From Chrysomallon squamiferum (Eukaryota > Animalia > Mollusca): 64,000 bases of DNA. Numbering within the stretch: the stretch's first letter is position 1; each line of letters opens with the position of its first letter. Shown piece by piece: positions 27,887 to 43,269 of this stretch. A program made the translations under genes and the position numbers. The stretch covers positions 39,866,001 to 39,930,000 of the forward strand of contig CM022665.1 in NCBI GenBank assembly GCA_012295275.1, in the 5' to 3' direction. Under the pieces are notes generated by a model that saw only the letters and a program-made list of their open reading frames with translations, ran no database searches and was not told the DNA's origin.

Positions 27887-29894
27887 TATTACTCTTGTTA
27901 TTATTATTGTCATTATTATTATTACTATTATTATTATTGTTGTTGTTATTATTATTATTATTATTATTACTGACACCACAATATCTAATACAAATACAAC
28001 TGCCACTATAGCCACCATTAACATTATTGATGTTACAACAACAGCTACTTTTGTTACCACTACCACCTCTTACTCCAGCTGCTACAACGACTACTAGTAT
28101 TACAGTTTCTGATATACTACTACTGCTACTATTAAAGTTTTTACAATTAATGTAACAACAACATCAACAACAACAACAATAATAATAATAATAGGAAGAA
28201 CAAAAATAAATAAATAAATAAATTTTTAAAAAATAACATATATATATATATATATATTAATTATTACACCATTCTTCAAAGTTTACCTACCTACCTTACT
28301 GAAACTGTATCACAGCATCATTCCTTGATATTCAGGGTAACTGTTACGAACTTGTAGTTGTTAAATATAAGAAAAGATCAAAAGAAAACTTCTGATAAGA
28401 TCACAATGTTGTACGTGTTGGCAGGCTGCGGGCTAGAATAATAATTCTACTTAATTACAAATAGGTCACTAAACATAGAAATTAACGAGTTATTCGGAAA
28501 GAATGTCGTTTATATTTACAAACATATATATATCTATTTAAAGATAAACACATTCTGGCTATGGCACGCAACCTATGTCGATGATTAGGCCATCTACTTT
28601 AGTATTGACAGGTTCTGAGTTCGAATACTGGAATACTCTATGGACTGAGTTATTTCTGACTAATCCTTGTAACAAACTAACCATATATATATAATGGTGT
28701 GTGTGCACGTGTGTGTTTGTCAGTATATGGTTAATCTTAAGATTCATTTTTAATACTAATAATAATGACGGTGTTTATGATGAAAACGAATCACACATAT
28801 ACACACACACGTTTATGTGCGCGTGTGTTTAAGTGTTTGTATGACGCTCATTATTATTAAATAACTGAAAACATTCAGAGATAAAAGACCACTGTAATAA
28901 ATAACAAAAAACAAAAACAAAACAAAACAAAAATTGATAGCATCCCAGTCAGGTCATGATTTATAACAGCCAAACTTTATTATTAACAAAGACTGGCCTC
29001 CAGTAACAAACAATACAAAACACTTGAAAATATAGGAAACGTTTCTTTTTTATGCTGTACCATAATTTTAAGTCAGCATATCTGTCAACTCCTGTCCCAT
29101 TTTTTACCGTACTGTTCATCTGTCTGTCTGTCTGTCTCTCTGTCACCCACTAAGTCCAAATACATCTCTGACACTGCAGCTTGCATTGTCTACATTTCTG
29201 AGTCACATGAAAGAACGTTACTCTTTATCATTCTGCTTTGATTGTTCAGTAATAAAACACTTGTTAGTTCGTTAACTTGAATGTTCCAAACATGTGATAA
29301 TTTATTATGATGACTTAGTTATTTAAGTAATGTTTAGGAATTATGGCTATGTAATTATAGGTACAGATAGGACAGATAGGCAAGGAAACGGATATGCGGG
29401 GAAACAGAAGAATATCACCCATATATGCATTTACACACATACACATACGTACATACAAAGATACATACGTACATACATACATACATACATACATACATAC
29501 ATACATACATACATACATACATACATACATACATACATACATACATACATACATGCACACACGCATAGAAACATACTCACATATGCATACATACCTTCAT
29601 TAGGACGTACATTCATACAGACACACACATGCATGCATACATATATTACGTATACACATAGACAGAGAGTCACATACATACATACATACATACATACATA
29701 CAGACAGACACACTTACACAAATAACATACATATAGAACTTACACACAGAGACATTCACACATGCACACTTATACATACATACATACATAAATTCATATA
29801 TTCAAACATAAATAATTATGCACACTTATATCTATAAACGTCAATTAAACACGCGCAGATGGAAACATATGTTCTGTGTTTGCTCAGAGAAACA

Positions 29895-29943
<49 letters not shown>

Positions 29944-30299
29944 TGTGTGTGTAATATGTACTTTACATTATTAATAAAAAGTATCGCATTACTATCGTAT
30001 TAAGTCTTAATAGATGCGAAATCAGGGCGTTTTAGATTTCGACCAATCAACAAGCACCTAACTGCCGGGTTAGGTCAACAAACGAGATATCTGATTGGGC
30101 GGCCACAACCCTACGCGATTGGTCTCCGTCATCTCCCACGTACGAAAGACTGCGGGCCGCTACGACTGTGATAACCTACAACATTAAAACACACACATGT
30201 TGGAAGACATATTTTAATGGCGCGTTCCGGGTCGTATATGGCCACCTGCCGTGAATCTTATTACAGAGAAACAAGAATCATGTAATGATGTTAAAGAAC

Positions 30300-30406
30300 C
30301 CGCAGCTCAGTAATGCAATTCACTGCTTGGTGATAACGTGTTTAAGACACAGCTTAGGGATAGTGTTATGTGGATCATAGCTTAGTAATAGTTATGTATG
30401 TATATG

Positions 30407-30485
<79 letters not shown>

Positions 30486-31090
30486 CAGCATAATAATAAT
30501 ATTATGTAAGACACAGCTTAGTAACAATGTTGTTATATGTAACAGCTTTGTGATATTGTTGTATAAGTCCCAGTTGAGTAATAAAGTTATATAAATCATA
30601 GCTTAATCATAATGTTAAACAGGTCACATTTTAGTGACATGTTATATATAACAGGTTAGTAATATTGTTGTATACATCGCAGATGAGTGATAATGCTACA
30701 TAAAACCACAGCTTAGGAATAATGTTATATACTAGTAAATTATAGTTGCTTAGCAATACAGTTATATATCTCACAGCTTAATAAAAATGTTTTATTACTC
30801 ACAGCTTATAAATAATGTCATATAAATAAAAGCTCAGTAATATTTCTATACAAGCCACAGCTAAATAATAATGTCATATATCTCGCATCATAATAAAAAT
30901 GTTATATATCTCATAGCTTAGTAAGAAAAAAATATATATTTTATATTTATATAAATAAATATATATATATATATTTCACAGCTTAGTAATTAATGTTATG
31001 TAAGTCACAGCAAGGTAATAATGATATAGATATCACATGAGGAATAATGTTATACAAGTGATGTTCAACAGTTCATTAATAACGTTATAT
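30300..31090. repeat. Degenerate ~29-30 bp minisatellite (CACAGCTTAGTAATAATGTTATATAAGT) interrupted by (TA)n
   Basis: Recurring CAGCTTAGTAA...ATGTTATA; (TA)n at ~30410-30483. Confidence 0.88.
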
Positions 31091-32509
31091 CCCTGTCTGT
31101 CTGTCTGTCTGTGTCTCTATTCATTTTCTTTTCTCACTATTTCTATCTATCTATGAATTTTTTTATTTATCTGTCAGTCTGTTTATGTCTGTCTATTTGC
31201 ACGTCTATATATGTCTATTACACTTTCTATCTGTCTTTCTATCTGCCTGTCTGCTAGTCGGTTTGTGAGTGTGTGTCCAGGTGTGTGTCTGTATGTTAGA
31301 TTTAGGTAAAACAACAATATATACAGAGTAATAAGCATATGTAAGTGTGTATATGTGTATGTGTGTGTCTATATATATATATACACACACACACACATAT
31401 ATACACATATATTATTTCCAGACACATACATTTATTACTGTGGATGTTTCTGCAGGTGTTAGTTACCTACCTGTCTACGTACTTACCTACCTCGTAACTG
31501 AAATGAACACTATTACATCATTCGCTCTAAGTGTTTTAAATGTTGTTGTTGTTGTTTTTTTTGTTTTTTTTCTGTCTGTTTGTCTTTGTGTCACAGAGTG
31601 TAAATATAATTTATAAGCACGTGTACTGTCGCTGACAACAGCTGTTTCATTTTCAACTGTAATTCGATATTCCTGAGATACATTATCATGAAAATAATTT
31701 TTATTATAATTTTAGGTGGTTTTTTTGTTGTTGTTTTTTTGTGTGTTTTTTTTTTTGAATGTTTTTAGTGTTGTTGTTTTTTTGTTGCCGTCTTTTGAAT
31801 TTATTTTATACTTATTAAATTACCGGTCTATTGATTAAGGAGTAACAGTATGGGGGAAAAAAAAGGTTCAACGGAGAACATTTTTTGAATAGAAGCGGTA
31901 GAAACTGAAGGTACGTACGTAATTCAGAAGAAGATTTATTGCGGTGAACTGCAGAGGTAAAAAAATAAGACAGATAAGAGAGAGAGAGAGAGAGAGAAAA
32001 AATGCTACTTGCAAATAAAGACGTGAAATCATTACTGGTATGGGCGGCTTAGCAAATTAATTATACTCCGTGTTTTCAAGAAGTAAATAAATTATTCTTG
32101 GTTTTGTAAATAATATTATTTACTACACTGAACACTAAAACGTATTTTATTTAATATACATACGAGATAGACAGACAGAAAGACAGACAGACAGATTAGT
32201 ACATACAGAGGTAGCAGACAGAGAGATAGACAGACAGAAAGACAGACAGTCAGACAGCTATAGATATCAAAGGTAATTATTTTACACTGGTAGTGTCGTT
32301 TTAAACTGGAACAAATTAAGTTACTGTTACAGACACCAGCTATCAATGAAGAAATAGAAACAACTGGATTAATCTGTTAATTAATTAAGATAGATGGATG
32401 GATGGATGAATGAAAGGATGGATGGATGGATAGATAGACAGATAAATAAATAGACTGACATTCGAATATAGATAGGTAGACAAGCAGAGAGATAAACAGA
32501 CGTATACAG

Positions 32510-32564
<55 letters not shown>

Positions 32565-32577
32565 TAGATAGACAGAC

Positions 32578-32623
<46 letters not shown>

Positions 32624-33030
32624 TTAATTAGCTCGACAGACAGACATACAGACAAACAGACAAATATATTATACTAAATAAATAAATAATAATAATAATA
32701 ACAATAACGATGTATAATAATCTGACAAAATTAACATTAATAATAAAGCAATTTTAAATGACTACTGCTAAATGTCATTTAAAAAAAAAAAAAAAGCAAA
32801 AATATTAATAGATGGAGTCTGGATTATTCTAAACGTCATTAATAATAAACAGTAATCAGGATCTGATTGTAAAATAATATGGGCGGCTGGCATGGATGAC
32901 ATTCAATATAATTTTTCTATCTACGCCCTATTTATGTGCACGTACACACACATCTATACATTTACATAAATATGGATATGTGTGTATATATATCTTCAAA
33001 TAAAACAAAATAATTTAAAATATATATGTA

Positions 33031-33078
<48 letters not shown>

Positions 33079-33631
33079 ATATAAAATATATATTTAAAAC
33101 TGACCTTGAATATTTGAAACCCAAATTTAAATCGAGTTGACGCCACAAAAACCTGACCGTCCGAGGGAAAGAAGCCGATATAAAACACAAGAACTCAGTC
33201 TGAATAGACGTGTGCTTCGCTACAGCGCAATCATTGTTATCATTACATTAGTCCGCAAAATCAACACGGCAGTCTCGAAGATTTTCAACCGGTACTTTTA
33301 GTATTCATTTCACTTATGAGAACAAAAGAAAAAAAAAAAAAAAAAAAAAAGACAACAATAAAAGTCTCAGATCGTAGCCACGTTAAAATAACAAGCAGTG
33401 ATGTGCCTTTAAGATATCGGCAATTTTGCCGGGTAGACCTCTGTAAACAAAGATTTTCTCTTTTCTTTGAAAACGAGCAGAGACTTATTGTTTCTCGAGA
33501 GTGTGTTGACATTGCCCCTGTGATATCTCTCTTGTTGCTGGAATCACACAGGGGCTTTGACACGACCCCTCGGGCGAGTCTGTGAGGAGGTACAATTAAA
33601 GTTAAGTTTTTGCGTGTTGTTTTTAAAGTTG

Positions 33632-33673
<42 letters not shown>

Positions 33674-33769
33674 GATGCTTTGCGCGCAGTCTGAGTCAAA
33701 GTAGTTTATAATAACAACTGATTGATAAATTGAAAACAAAAGTATTTGTTCGAAATATATAGGTACATA

Positions 33770-34110
33770 CATACAATACGTACATACAATAGTACATACA
33801 ATACGTACATACAATACGTACATACAATAGTACATACAATACGTACATACAATACGTATATACAATAGTACATACAATACGTATATACAATATGTACATA
33901 CATACATACATACAGCCAGACAGACAGACATACAGACATACAAACACATACATACATACACACACATACATACATACACACATACATACATACATACATA
34001 CACACACACACATACATACATACATACATACATACATACATACATACATACATAATACATACATACATACATACATACACATACATACACATACACACAC
34101 ATACACACAT
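33770..34110. repeat. ~13-bp TACATACAATACG repeat grading into (TACA)n
   Basis: Direct reading. Confidence 0.85.
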
Positions 34111-34297
34111 AGACACATACAGAGACTCCTACAAAACACATCTTATTGACACAGTGTTTATTTACGCATGTATGTATATGTAGGTGGGTGAGGGTATATA
34201 TTTGTATATATGTATATGTGGGTGTATATGTGTATATAAATGCCTAGCATCCTGAGTAAACTCAGATAAGACAACAAAGCTATATTTGAAAACACGT
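34110..34297 (+). repeat. Dispersed direct repeat, copy 2
   Basis: AGCATCCTGAGTAAACTCAGATAAGACAACAAAGCTATATTTGAAAACACGT identical to copy 1. Confidence 0.9.
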
Positions 34298-34463
34298 CAC
34301 TTATATACATACATACATATAAACAGAGACTCATAACTATTTACAATATGCGCGATATGAACAGTCCCAGTTCGTATTAATTTATAAATAAGCATTCGGG
34401 CAAAAGATCATAACAACAAATTAATGTAATAATAATAATTACAGTAACAAAAACAATAAAATC

Positions 34464-34498
<35 letters not shown>

Positions 34499-35346
34499 AA
34501 AAATGAAATAAAAAAAATTAAAAAAAAAATTAAAAAATAAAAATAAAAATATCATAATAGTTTTTATATTTTTTATATGAAATACAGCTAACGTGGTGAC
34601 TGCAATAACAAACGATGTTGTTTATTTAGTCCCCGAGTCCTGACAGAAATAATAACAATTTGACCTTACAAACCACAGTTAAAAAGTGACACGGGTATTG
34701 TTTACGATGATTTAGTGCGGGTGACAGCATTAGCACCGTCGTATAATTACACATTAAAAAAAAAACCTAAAAAAGATAAAAAAAATAAAAAAAATAAAGC
34801 GATATGGAAATTATTCAAAATCTGAAATGAAAAAGAACTCACCAGAGAGATACAAAAAGGACAAAGAACAAACAGCAGACGTAATAAAATTATTAACATT
34901 TCGTGTATAGTTCATTAAAAAAATAAATGATGAATTATAATCTTACCTGCACGAGAGTTTTCTCTGACCATTCAGCTGTTTGTTTCTGTACACCGTATAT
35001 AATTCCAACAAATCAAGAAAACGAATGCAGCTAGATTGATAAACAAAGCGCTTTGGATGTCCGATTCATTACGAAGATAATCGATATTAACTGCACAGCG
35101 ATCGGCAAGAGCCAACGGTCTTTTACGGCGACTGTCGAGCACTGACGATTGTTTCAGTACGCCGTCTCCGATTTCCAAATGTTTAACAGCTCAAGGTCAT
35201 TTATTCCTTTCTCGTCATCCCGTTTTTTTAATCGATCTCTCGGCATCGCCTAATAATAAAGCCTCGCAAACTCGTATTTGTCATTCGAAAGTTATGAAAC
35301 TGCTTTGAGCTTTCGAATATTCATTAAATGAAATAGGTCATAACTC

Positions 35347-35451
<105 letters not shown>

Positions 35452-35819
35452 CATATACATTTTTTAAATCCGATAATGGTTTTTATTTGTTATAAAATCG
35501 ATCAAAGACGTGACATTCTGACGTCAACTAATGGCTGTACAGTTAGTTACACATTACCTGTATAAAGTATACACAGGATAGAAATAAAAAAATAAATAAA
35601 AAAATACCTAAACAGTTTTGGTACATTAGTTAATATGTTTTAAGTTACCATTGTTTGGTAATAATAAGGTATGGCTGTGGTGACGTCATTTAGCTCATAG
35701 AAAAAAAAAAAAAAAAATTTCTACAGCACATAACTCCAAAGAACCCGCACAAATCTGTTATATTATTATAATTATTACAGAGAAAAATTAGAAAGAAATG
35801 AACAGACAAACAAATAATA

Positions 35820-36215
35820 AGCTAATCATATATTTAAACATACTACTATAAAGTAGATTTATCTCATATTTAAACATACTGCTATATATTAAATTACTGT
35901 TATATTTAAACGTACTGCTATATAGTAGACTAATATTATCTTCAAATATACTGCTATAAAGCAGACTAAGGTTATATTTAAACATACTGCAGTGTAGTAA
36001 ACTGATGTTATATTTAAACATACTGGAGTATAGTAAACCAATGCTTTATTTAAACATACTAATATTATTTCTAAACTTACGTAGATTATTGCTTGTTTTA
36101 AAGATACAGACATATAGTGAACTAACATTATTTTTACACATACTGTTATAATTTATAGTAAATAATGCTATCTTTAAAACATACAGCCACACAGTAAACC
36201 AGTATTATATTTATT
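35820..36215. repeat. ~33-bp minisatellite (TATTTAAACATACTGCTATATAGTAGACTAATG)
   Basis: Recurring TATTTAAACATACT at ~33-bp spacing. Confidence 0.88.
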
Positions 36216-36535
36216 TTCACATGTATACTCAGACGCACTCTTGAGCACGCATTATGCACACACACGGTTACCAATAACGCAGTCACACGCAGCTTTTGAC
36301 CATTCCAGCGCGGCAGTTGCACTGAAGGAAAGATGCACGTGCCACTCTGTGTATGATTAAACGTACCGACGGGCAGCCACGCCCCTATATCTGGTTCACG
36401 TCAACGTATCTGACTGGACTCGTACTAACAGACATCAAAGCGAAGTCGAAATCACTTGCTTTATCAACAGAGTCACGCGTGTGATCTAGTCTAGCCTGGT
36501 TAGGTAAATATGTTCGTTATGGAATAAAGAAGGTC

Positions 36536-36897
<362 letters not shown>

Positions 36898-37048
36898 CGT
36901 CTGAAAAAGAACAAACAGACAGACACACAGAGAGACAGAATCAGGCAGAGGCATCTGGAGTAAAAAAAAAAAAAAAAAAAAAAAAATAACACCAGTTAAC
37001 TATATTCACAAATATAATTTTAAAAAATAAGCAGAAAAACAAACAATA

Positions 37049-37083
<35 letters not shown>

Positions 37084-38264
37084 AGCCCCAAACAAACTGT
37101 ATTTAAATCAGTATTCGTAACAGTACGAACAATACACGTCAACCTACCAACCAACTCACACACCATTTCTCAATATGCCCGCATTAAACTTCAGCAATGC
37201 AAGACAACTACGAACACATCTGAACAGCAAATCACAACACCGTCGATAATTACGACTACGCATTTAAGGCCATGTTAAAAATACAAAAATAATTACCTTC
37301 GTTGGAGATTCGTAGATGAAAGAAGCTTTAAGATAATCAATGTATTGACGGACTGGTTTTGAGATCCTTAATTCCGCTCTGATAGAAGTTCTTGGTCAAA
37401 TCTAAAAATTTAATATTTTTACATACGTTTAAAGCTGTAGAAATTTTAAGTGTTTTAAATAGAAAAAAAAAATAATAATAATTATAAAAGTCAGACATGA
37501 AAGAATAATAGATATAAAATTTTAAAAAAAAAGAGAGAAAAAAATAATGCTAATAAAAAGTAACTAAAATATAACTAATATACAAATACGTACAAAAATT
37601 ATCGAAAATTATTCAATGATTCATCGCTTGTTGCTGTTTTATTTTCATAAAATAAATTTATGTGTATAGCAGGTGTGTAATGAATTTTAACGACTTTTCG
37701 CAGGTGACTAAAATAAGTCTGACGTCACAGGTAAGCCACGAAAAAGACCTTTCTAATGACACCTTGACCTCTTTTTTTTATGACCATTAACAGGAAAGTT
37801 ATGGCAGTTTAAGTGTCGCTTTGATTTGCCATTTTTCGGCTTTTGTGTTAAATGGTAAAACAACCAGAGCGCCGTCATTTTCGCTTCAGAAACTGTGTAA
37901 ATCTCTGGTTAAAGAATTTTGGTTTGACTGGAAAGCTTAAATAAAGCCTGATAAAGACAATAATGTATTTAAAATTCCTTGAACCGAAATGGTCTTTCTT
38001 TATTTTTTTTTTTATTTTTTTTTTTTTATATTTATTTTTTTATTTTTTTTTTTTTTTTTTTTTTGCTTTATTTATTTATTTATTTTTTATTTTTTTTTTT
38101 TTTTTTTTATATTTTTGTAAAAATAAAAAAGAAAAGAAAAGAAAAGAAAAAAGGAAAATGAAAGCATTTGTAATTGTAAATAAATGACGTTAGCCAATGA
38201 ATATTCAGGATATTGGCCACGAAATTATTACTCATCAAACGTCGGAGTAATAAAAAATAAACTG

Positions 38265-38301
<37 letters not shown>

Positions 38302-38887
38302 ATCGATAAATGTCTTCTTGAAATACCACGAAATCTGATTCTATAAAAACTGAAATTAACACATTTTTAATGGTTCTGTGATCAGTTACAGAACTCGTTT
38401 TGTAATTTTTTTAATTTTTTCATTTTTTTTTTTTATCGTGAAAATGTGCAGATCGAGAGCTTCCAAATCTGAATATCGATCAAGACGCAGCTTTGCAAAG
38501 TGATTGGTTATTGATCAGTTTCCATTTCCATTAAATTTAGCTAGTAGATCACTAAAAAAGAAAAAACCCAAAGAAACTTATTATACAGGCTTGAACTTTT
38601 TTTTTTTATTATCATTTGTCTTCTGTATAATCGAGATGGTTTTCACGACCACAAAACGAAGAAACTTTGGCAGAAAAATCTGGAAATTTAGCACCACGGG
38701 TTCTGAAGAATGTAACAGAGAGGCTGGCACATTAGTCACAAAATTATGACAGGTTTGTAAAGAACAATGAAAGCCGATTTTGGAATCGGTTCTTTACTAA
38801 AGGCTTGACTCGCGATTGAAACGAAAACGAGGCTATGGACGAAAACGTGCCCGGCACGAGTATTGTGACATACCTGTTTTATGTGCG

Positions 38888-38943
<56 letters not shown>

Positions 38944-39392
38944 TACTTTATAAATGTTTTAAAGTCAATGACTTGTACATAAACTATTATGACACAGTGT
39001 TACTATACTCAGACACATAGGAATTGAATGACAAGTAGAAACAGAACATTTATTAACGTAGCCCTATCCAGGCAGTAGTTCTGACAAATTTTACCTGATG
39101 CGTTCGTTAAATATATCAATAATATCAGTGGTACTATTAAAATAAAATAAAATAAAATAAATAAAATAAAAAAAAAAAAAAAAAAAAAAATAAAAATAAA
39201 ATAAATTAAATGAAATAAAATATATTAAATAAATTAAATAAATAAATAAATAAATGAATGAATTAATGAATTAATTGAATTAAATAAATACTTTGAACTA
39301 AAATTAATGGCATCATTAAAAAATGTATTATTTCACACTAATATCTGTATCTAATTGTAACAATAGCAGCAACAATAACAACAACGACAATA

Positions 39393-39445
<53 letters not shown>

Positions 39446-40981
39446 CAGAAGAAGAAGAAGAAGAAGAAGAAATCACATTAAAGCATTGAAAACGGACTGA
39501 CGACTTTATAATTATAATGATCATGATGATAAAGATAATGACGATGACAGTAATGATGATGACGATGATAACAATGACGACGGGAAGGCGACGGTGTTGT
39601 TAATGATGATGGTAACCGCAACACAAATAAGATTAACAAAACGGCAAAAATAAAAAAATAAATATTGAAAAATTAATTTACAATAATCACACTTAATGGT
39701 TACGTAATACTACTCTTCGGTTTGTATTAATGTATTTTTAATTATTATCATTATTTTTTTTTTAATAATTATAACAATATTAAACCTTTAGAAAAAAATT
39801 ACAAAGAACGTAACTTACCATCCAGTTCTCGAAAGAGTACCAACAGTGTGTATTATCTAATATATTGTATGACATACATTGTATGAATGGTTCTTTCACT
39901 GGCCATTCTGTCGTTTCCTTGAACCTTCAGTATTTGTTTTGGGGTTCGGCGAGTTTAGCCAATAAATTTAAGCAAACTGCTAAATAACCACGCTGCAGTG
40001 AAGGTGAAACAAAATGGCGTCCGCCATCTCTTCGCTTATTCTGATTTATAAAGTTTTGTGGTCAGTAGAATTCAAAATGGTTGATACGTGGGTTACATGC
40101 CTTTCAAAATGGTGTCATTGTTGATCTTAATATTGTTGTTGTTGTTGTTGTTCTTATTATTATTAACACTGTAATGGTAATCAAAATTATCATCGTCGTT
40201 GTCGCCATTGCCGTTTTATTATTATCATTATCACCAAAGTCGTAGTTGTCGTTTTTATTGTTACTGCTACTACTACTACCATGATCACTACAACTACTAC
40301 TACTACTACTATTGTTACTATACTACACTATACTCTACTATTATTATCATTATTATTATCACTATCATCATCATTATCATTAACATTATTATTATTAGTA
40401 GTAGTAATAGTAGTAGTAGTAGCAGTAGCAGTAGCAGTAGTAGTAGTAGTAGTTGTAGTTGTAGTAGTATTGCTGTTGTATTTGTTGTTAGACCAAAATA
40501 ATAAGTTTCAAGATTATTTAATTGTTAACGTTACAACAAAAATGTACATAAAATTGTAAATACTGACGTAAACGATTTTATCTTTCAATTAAACCAGGTT
40601 TACTATATACACACATACATACACACACATGCACGCACGCACGCACATGACGTAAACTATTTATTATTTTTAAATGAACCAATTAAAATTACGATAATAT
40701 ACACTAACAATAATAAAAAGCAATGTTCACCAGTTACTATTTCTCAGCAGTTTATTTATTTATTTTTTAATTTATTAATTTCGTTTTAACTATAGTTGAA
40801 ACTATATATATATATATATAAATACTCTCACGGTTTGTTTTTATTTAGAACATGTACCTTGAAATATGGAGAAGTAACTTTATATTTTAATTTGTTTTTA
40901 TTACAAATAAATTACGTTTTTATTTATTATTTATTATTATTTTTTTAATTTTGGTTTCGTGCTTGAAACGATATACACAAG

Positions 40982-41019
<38 letters not shown>

Positions 41020-42494
41020 TCTTGGTATAGAGCATATAAATACAAATAGCTAGGCCAGGACGTAAATTAATATTCTTATATTTTTTGTTTGACATAAATT
41101 ATGTTGATTTATTTTTAATATTAGTTTTCATGCTATATATTGGTCTCTTTGTATGTTTTTTTTTTATAAATCGTCGTGTCAAGAAGTAATTAAATATTAT
41201 CATTTATTTATTTATATATTTATTTGGTGCACTGTCAGGATAACATTTAAAGAAATCTGTAGCGAAGATAAATAAATAAATAAATAAATAAATAAATATA
41301 TAAATGATCTAACAAAGAATGAATGAATGAGTGAATAAACCAATGAACTAACAAATAAACGAATGAAAGAATGAAGAAATGAATGAATGAATAAAAAACA
41401 AACAAATGCAGTAACAAATGAATGAACAATTGAATTAATAAATGAATGAATGATTGAATAAATAAATAAAACACGTAGCTGACTAGAACATAAAACAACA
41501 GCAACAGCAATTCCACAACTGTCACGTCAGTCATCACCTCTTCAAAAACAACAACAACAGCTACACAATGACGATGATATAATTATGTCAATAATGAAAT
41601 GACAATGGCGACGATGATGGAGTTATGATGGATGTGATGATGATGAACGTAGTCATGGTAACGGACGTGATATTGGAGGTGGTGATAATTGACGTGCTGA
41701 TGACTGTAATGGTGATGATGATGATGACGAGTCGATGATGATAAAAATATGTTTCTGTCAATTTCTGTGCCTCTGTGTTTGTCTCTCTCTCTGTCACATT
41801 TTCTGTCTCTCTCTCATGTATATGTATACACACACACACGCATATATATATATATATATAGACATACAGATAAATAGATAGATAGAGACAGTTAGACAGA
41901 CAGACAGACATACAGACAGAGATAGATAGATATATAGATAGACAGACAGATAGATAGACAAACAGATAGATAAACAGATATACAGATAGATAAATAAATA
42001 AATAGATAGACAGAAAGATAAATAGAGAGATAGACAGACAGACAAATATTCCTTCACCTAATCTTTCTCATCGTTTCATTTTCAGTAAACTCAAAGACAA
42101 CAACCAAACACGCTGTTAAAAAAAATTAAATAAAAATAAAAACATTACAACGAAACGAAACGAAAAATATTCTGCCTGTCTTGACTTTTCCCTTCACTTA
42201 GTGCCCCTCACTCTTACGTCCCCAAATCAAACACGTAACTTTGACTGAACGTGTGTACTCGGACAGTTAGTGTGGGCTCGCTAAATATCGCACACTGCTG
42301 ATGACTTGCATTTACTAAACATTGACGTGTGTGGACCTTGTGTCTGTGTGTTCAAATGATTAAACTTTGATACCTTTCATCAGTGTTAGCAAACACGAGA
42401 TCAGTTGTTGTAGGCACAAATCATTAACTAGAGTGTACTTGTAAAATGACGTGCGTGCATACTATTGTTTATAAATATAAGATGCATAATAATG

Positions 42495-42912
42495 TTAACA
42501 TACGTTAGATAACATATTTACTATACGATATATGCAATATGCATACGTAATGTAATATAAGTTATGTATCATATGTGATATAACATTCAGAATATAACAT
42601 ACGAAACAAACATGATAGAATATACGTAAAATGAGTAATATAACATACATAATATAGCATACGTAATATAGGACACATAAAGTAACATAAGTAATAAAAC
42701 ATAGTAACATACATAACATAATATACGTTACATACATAATATAACATACGTAACATAAGTAATATACATAACATACGTATCATACGTAATATATATATAT
42801 AACATACATAATATATTAAATATAGTATACGTAATATAACATACCTAACATAACATATGTAACAGAGGTAATATAATATACGTAATATAACATATGTAAC
42901 ATACATAACATA
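42495..42912. repeat. Degenerate AT-rich tandem repeat (CATACGTAATATAA)
   Basis: Recurring ACATACGTAA/ATATAACATA motifs. Confidence 0.75.
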
Positions 42913-43178
42913 AGAAAGGAGTTTATGTCTTGAATACGATTTTGGGTGGATACTTGACCCCCTTCTTAGTATATTTTTCTTCTTTTTCTTTTTTTTTTTT
43001 TTTTTTTCCTATTTTCATCTTGTTATATTATATATAAATTATATGTGATGTACGCCTCATATATCGCTGAATGATAACACCTTCAGAATTTGTAACAGAA
43101 GAAGATATACGTAGTTTAAAAAAAGAGTGTAGAACTGTTTGAAAATATTGCATTTATCATTATGAATTATACGTAAAT

Positions 43179-43269
<91 letters not shown>

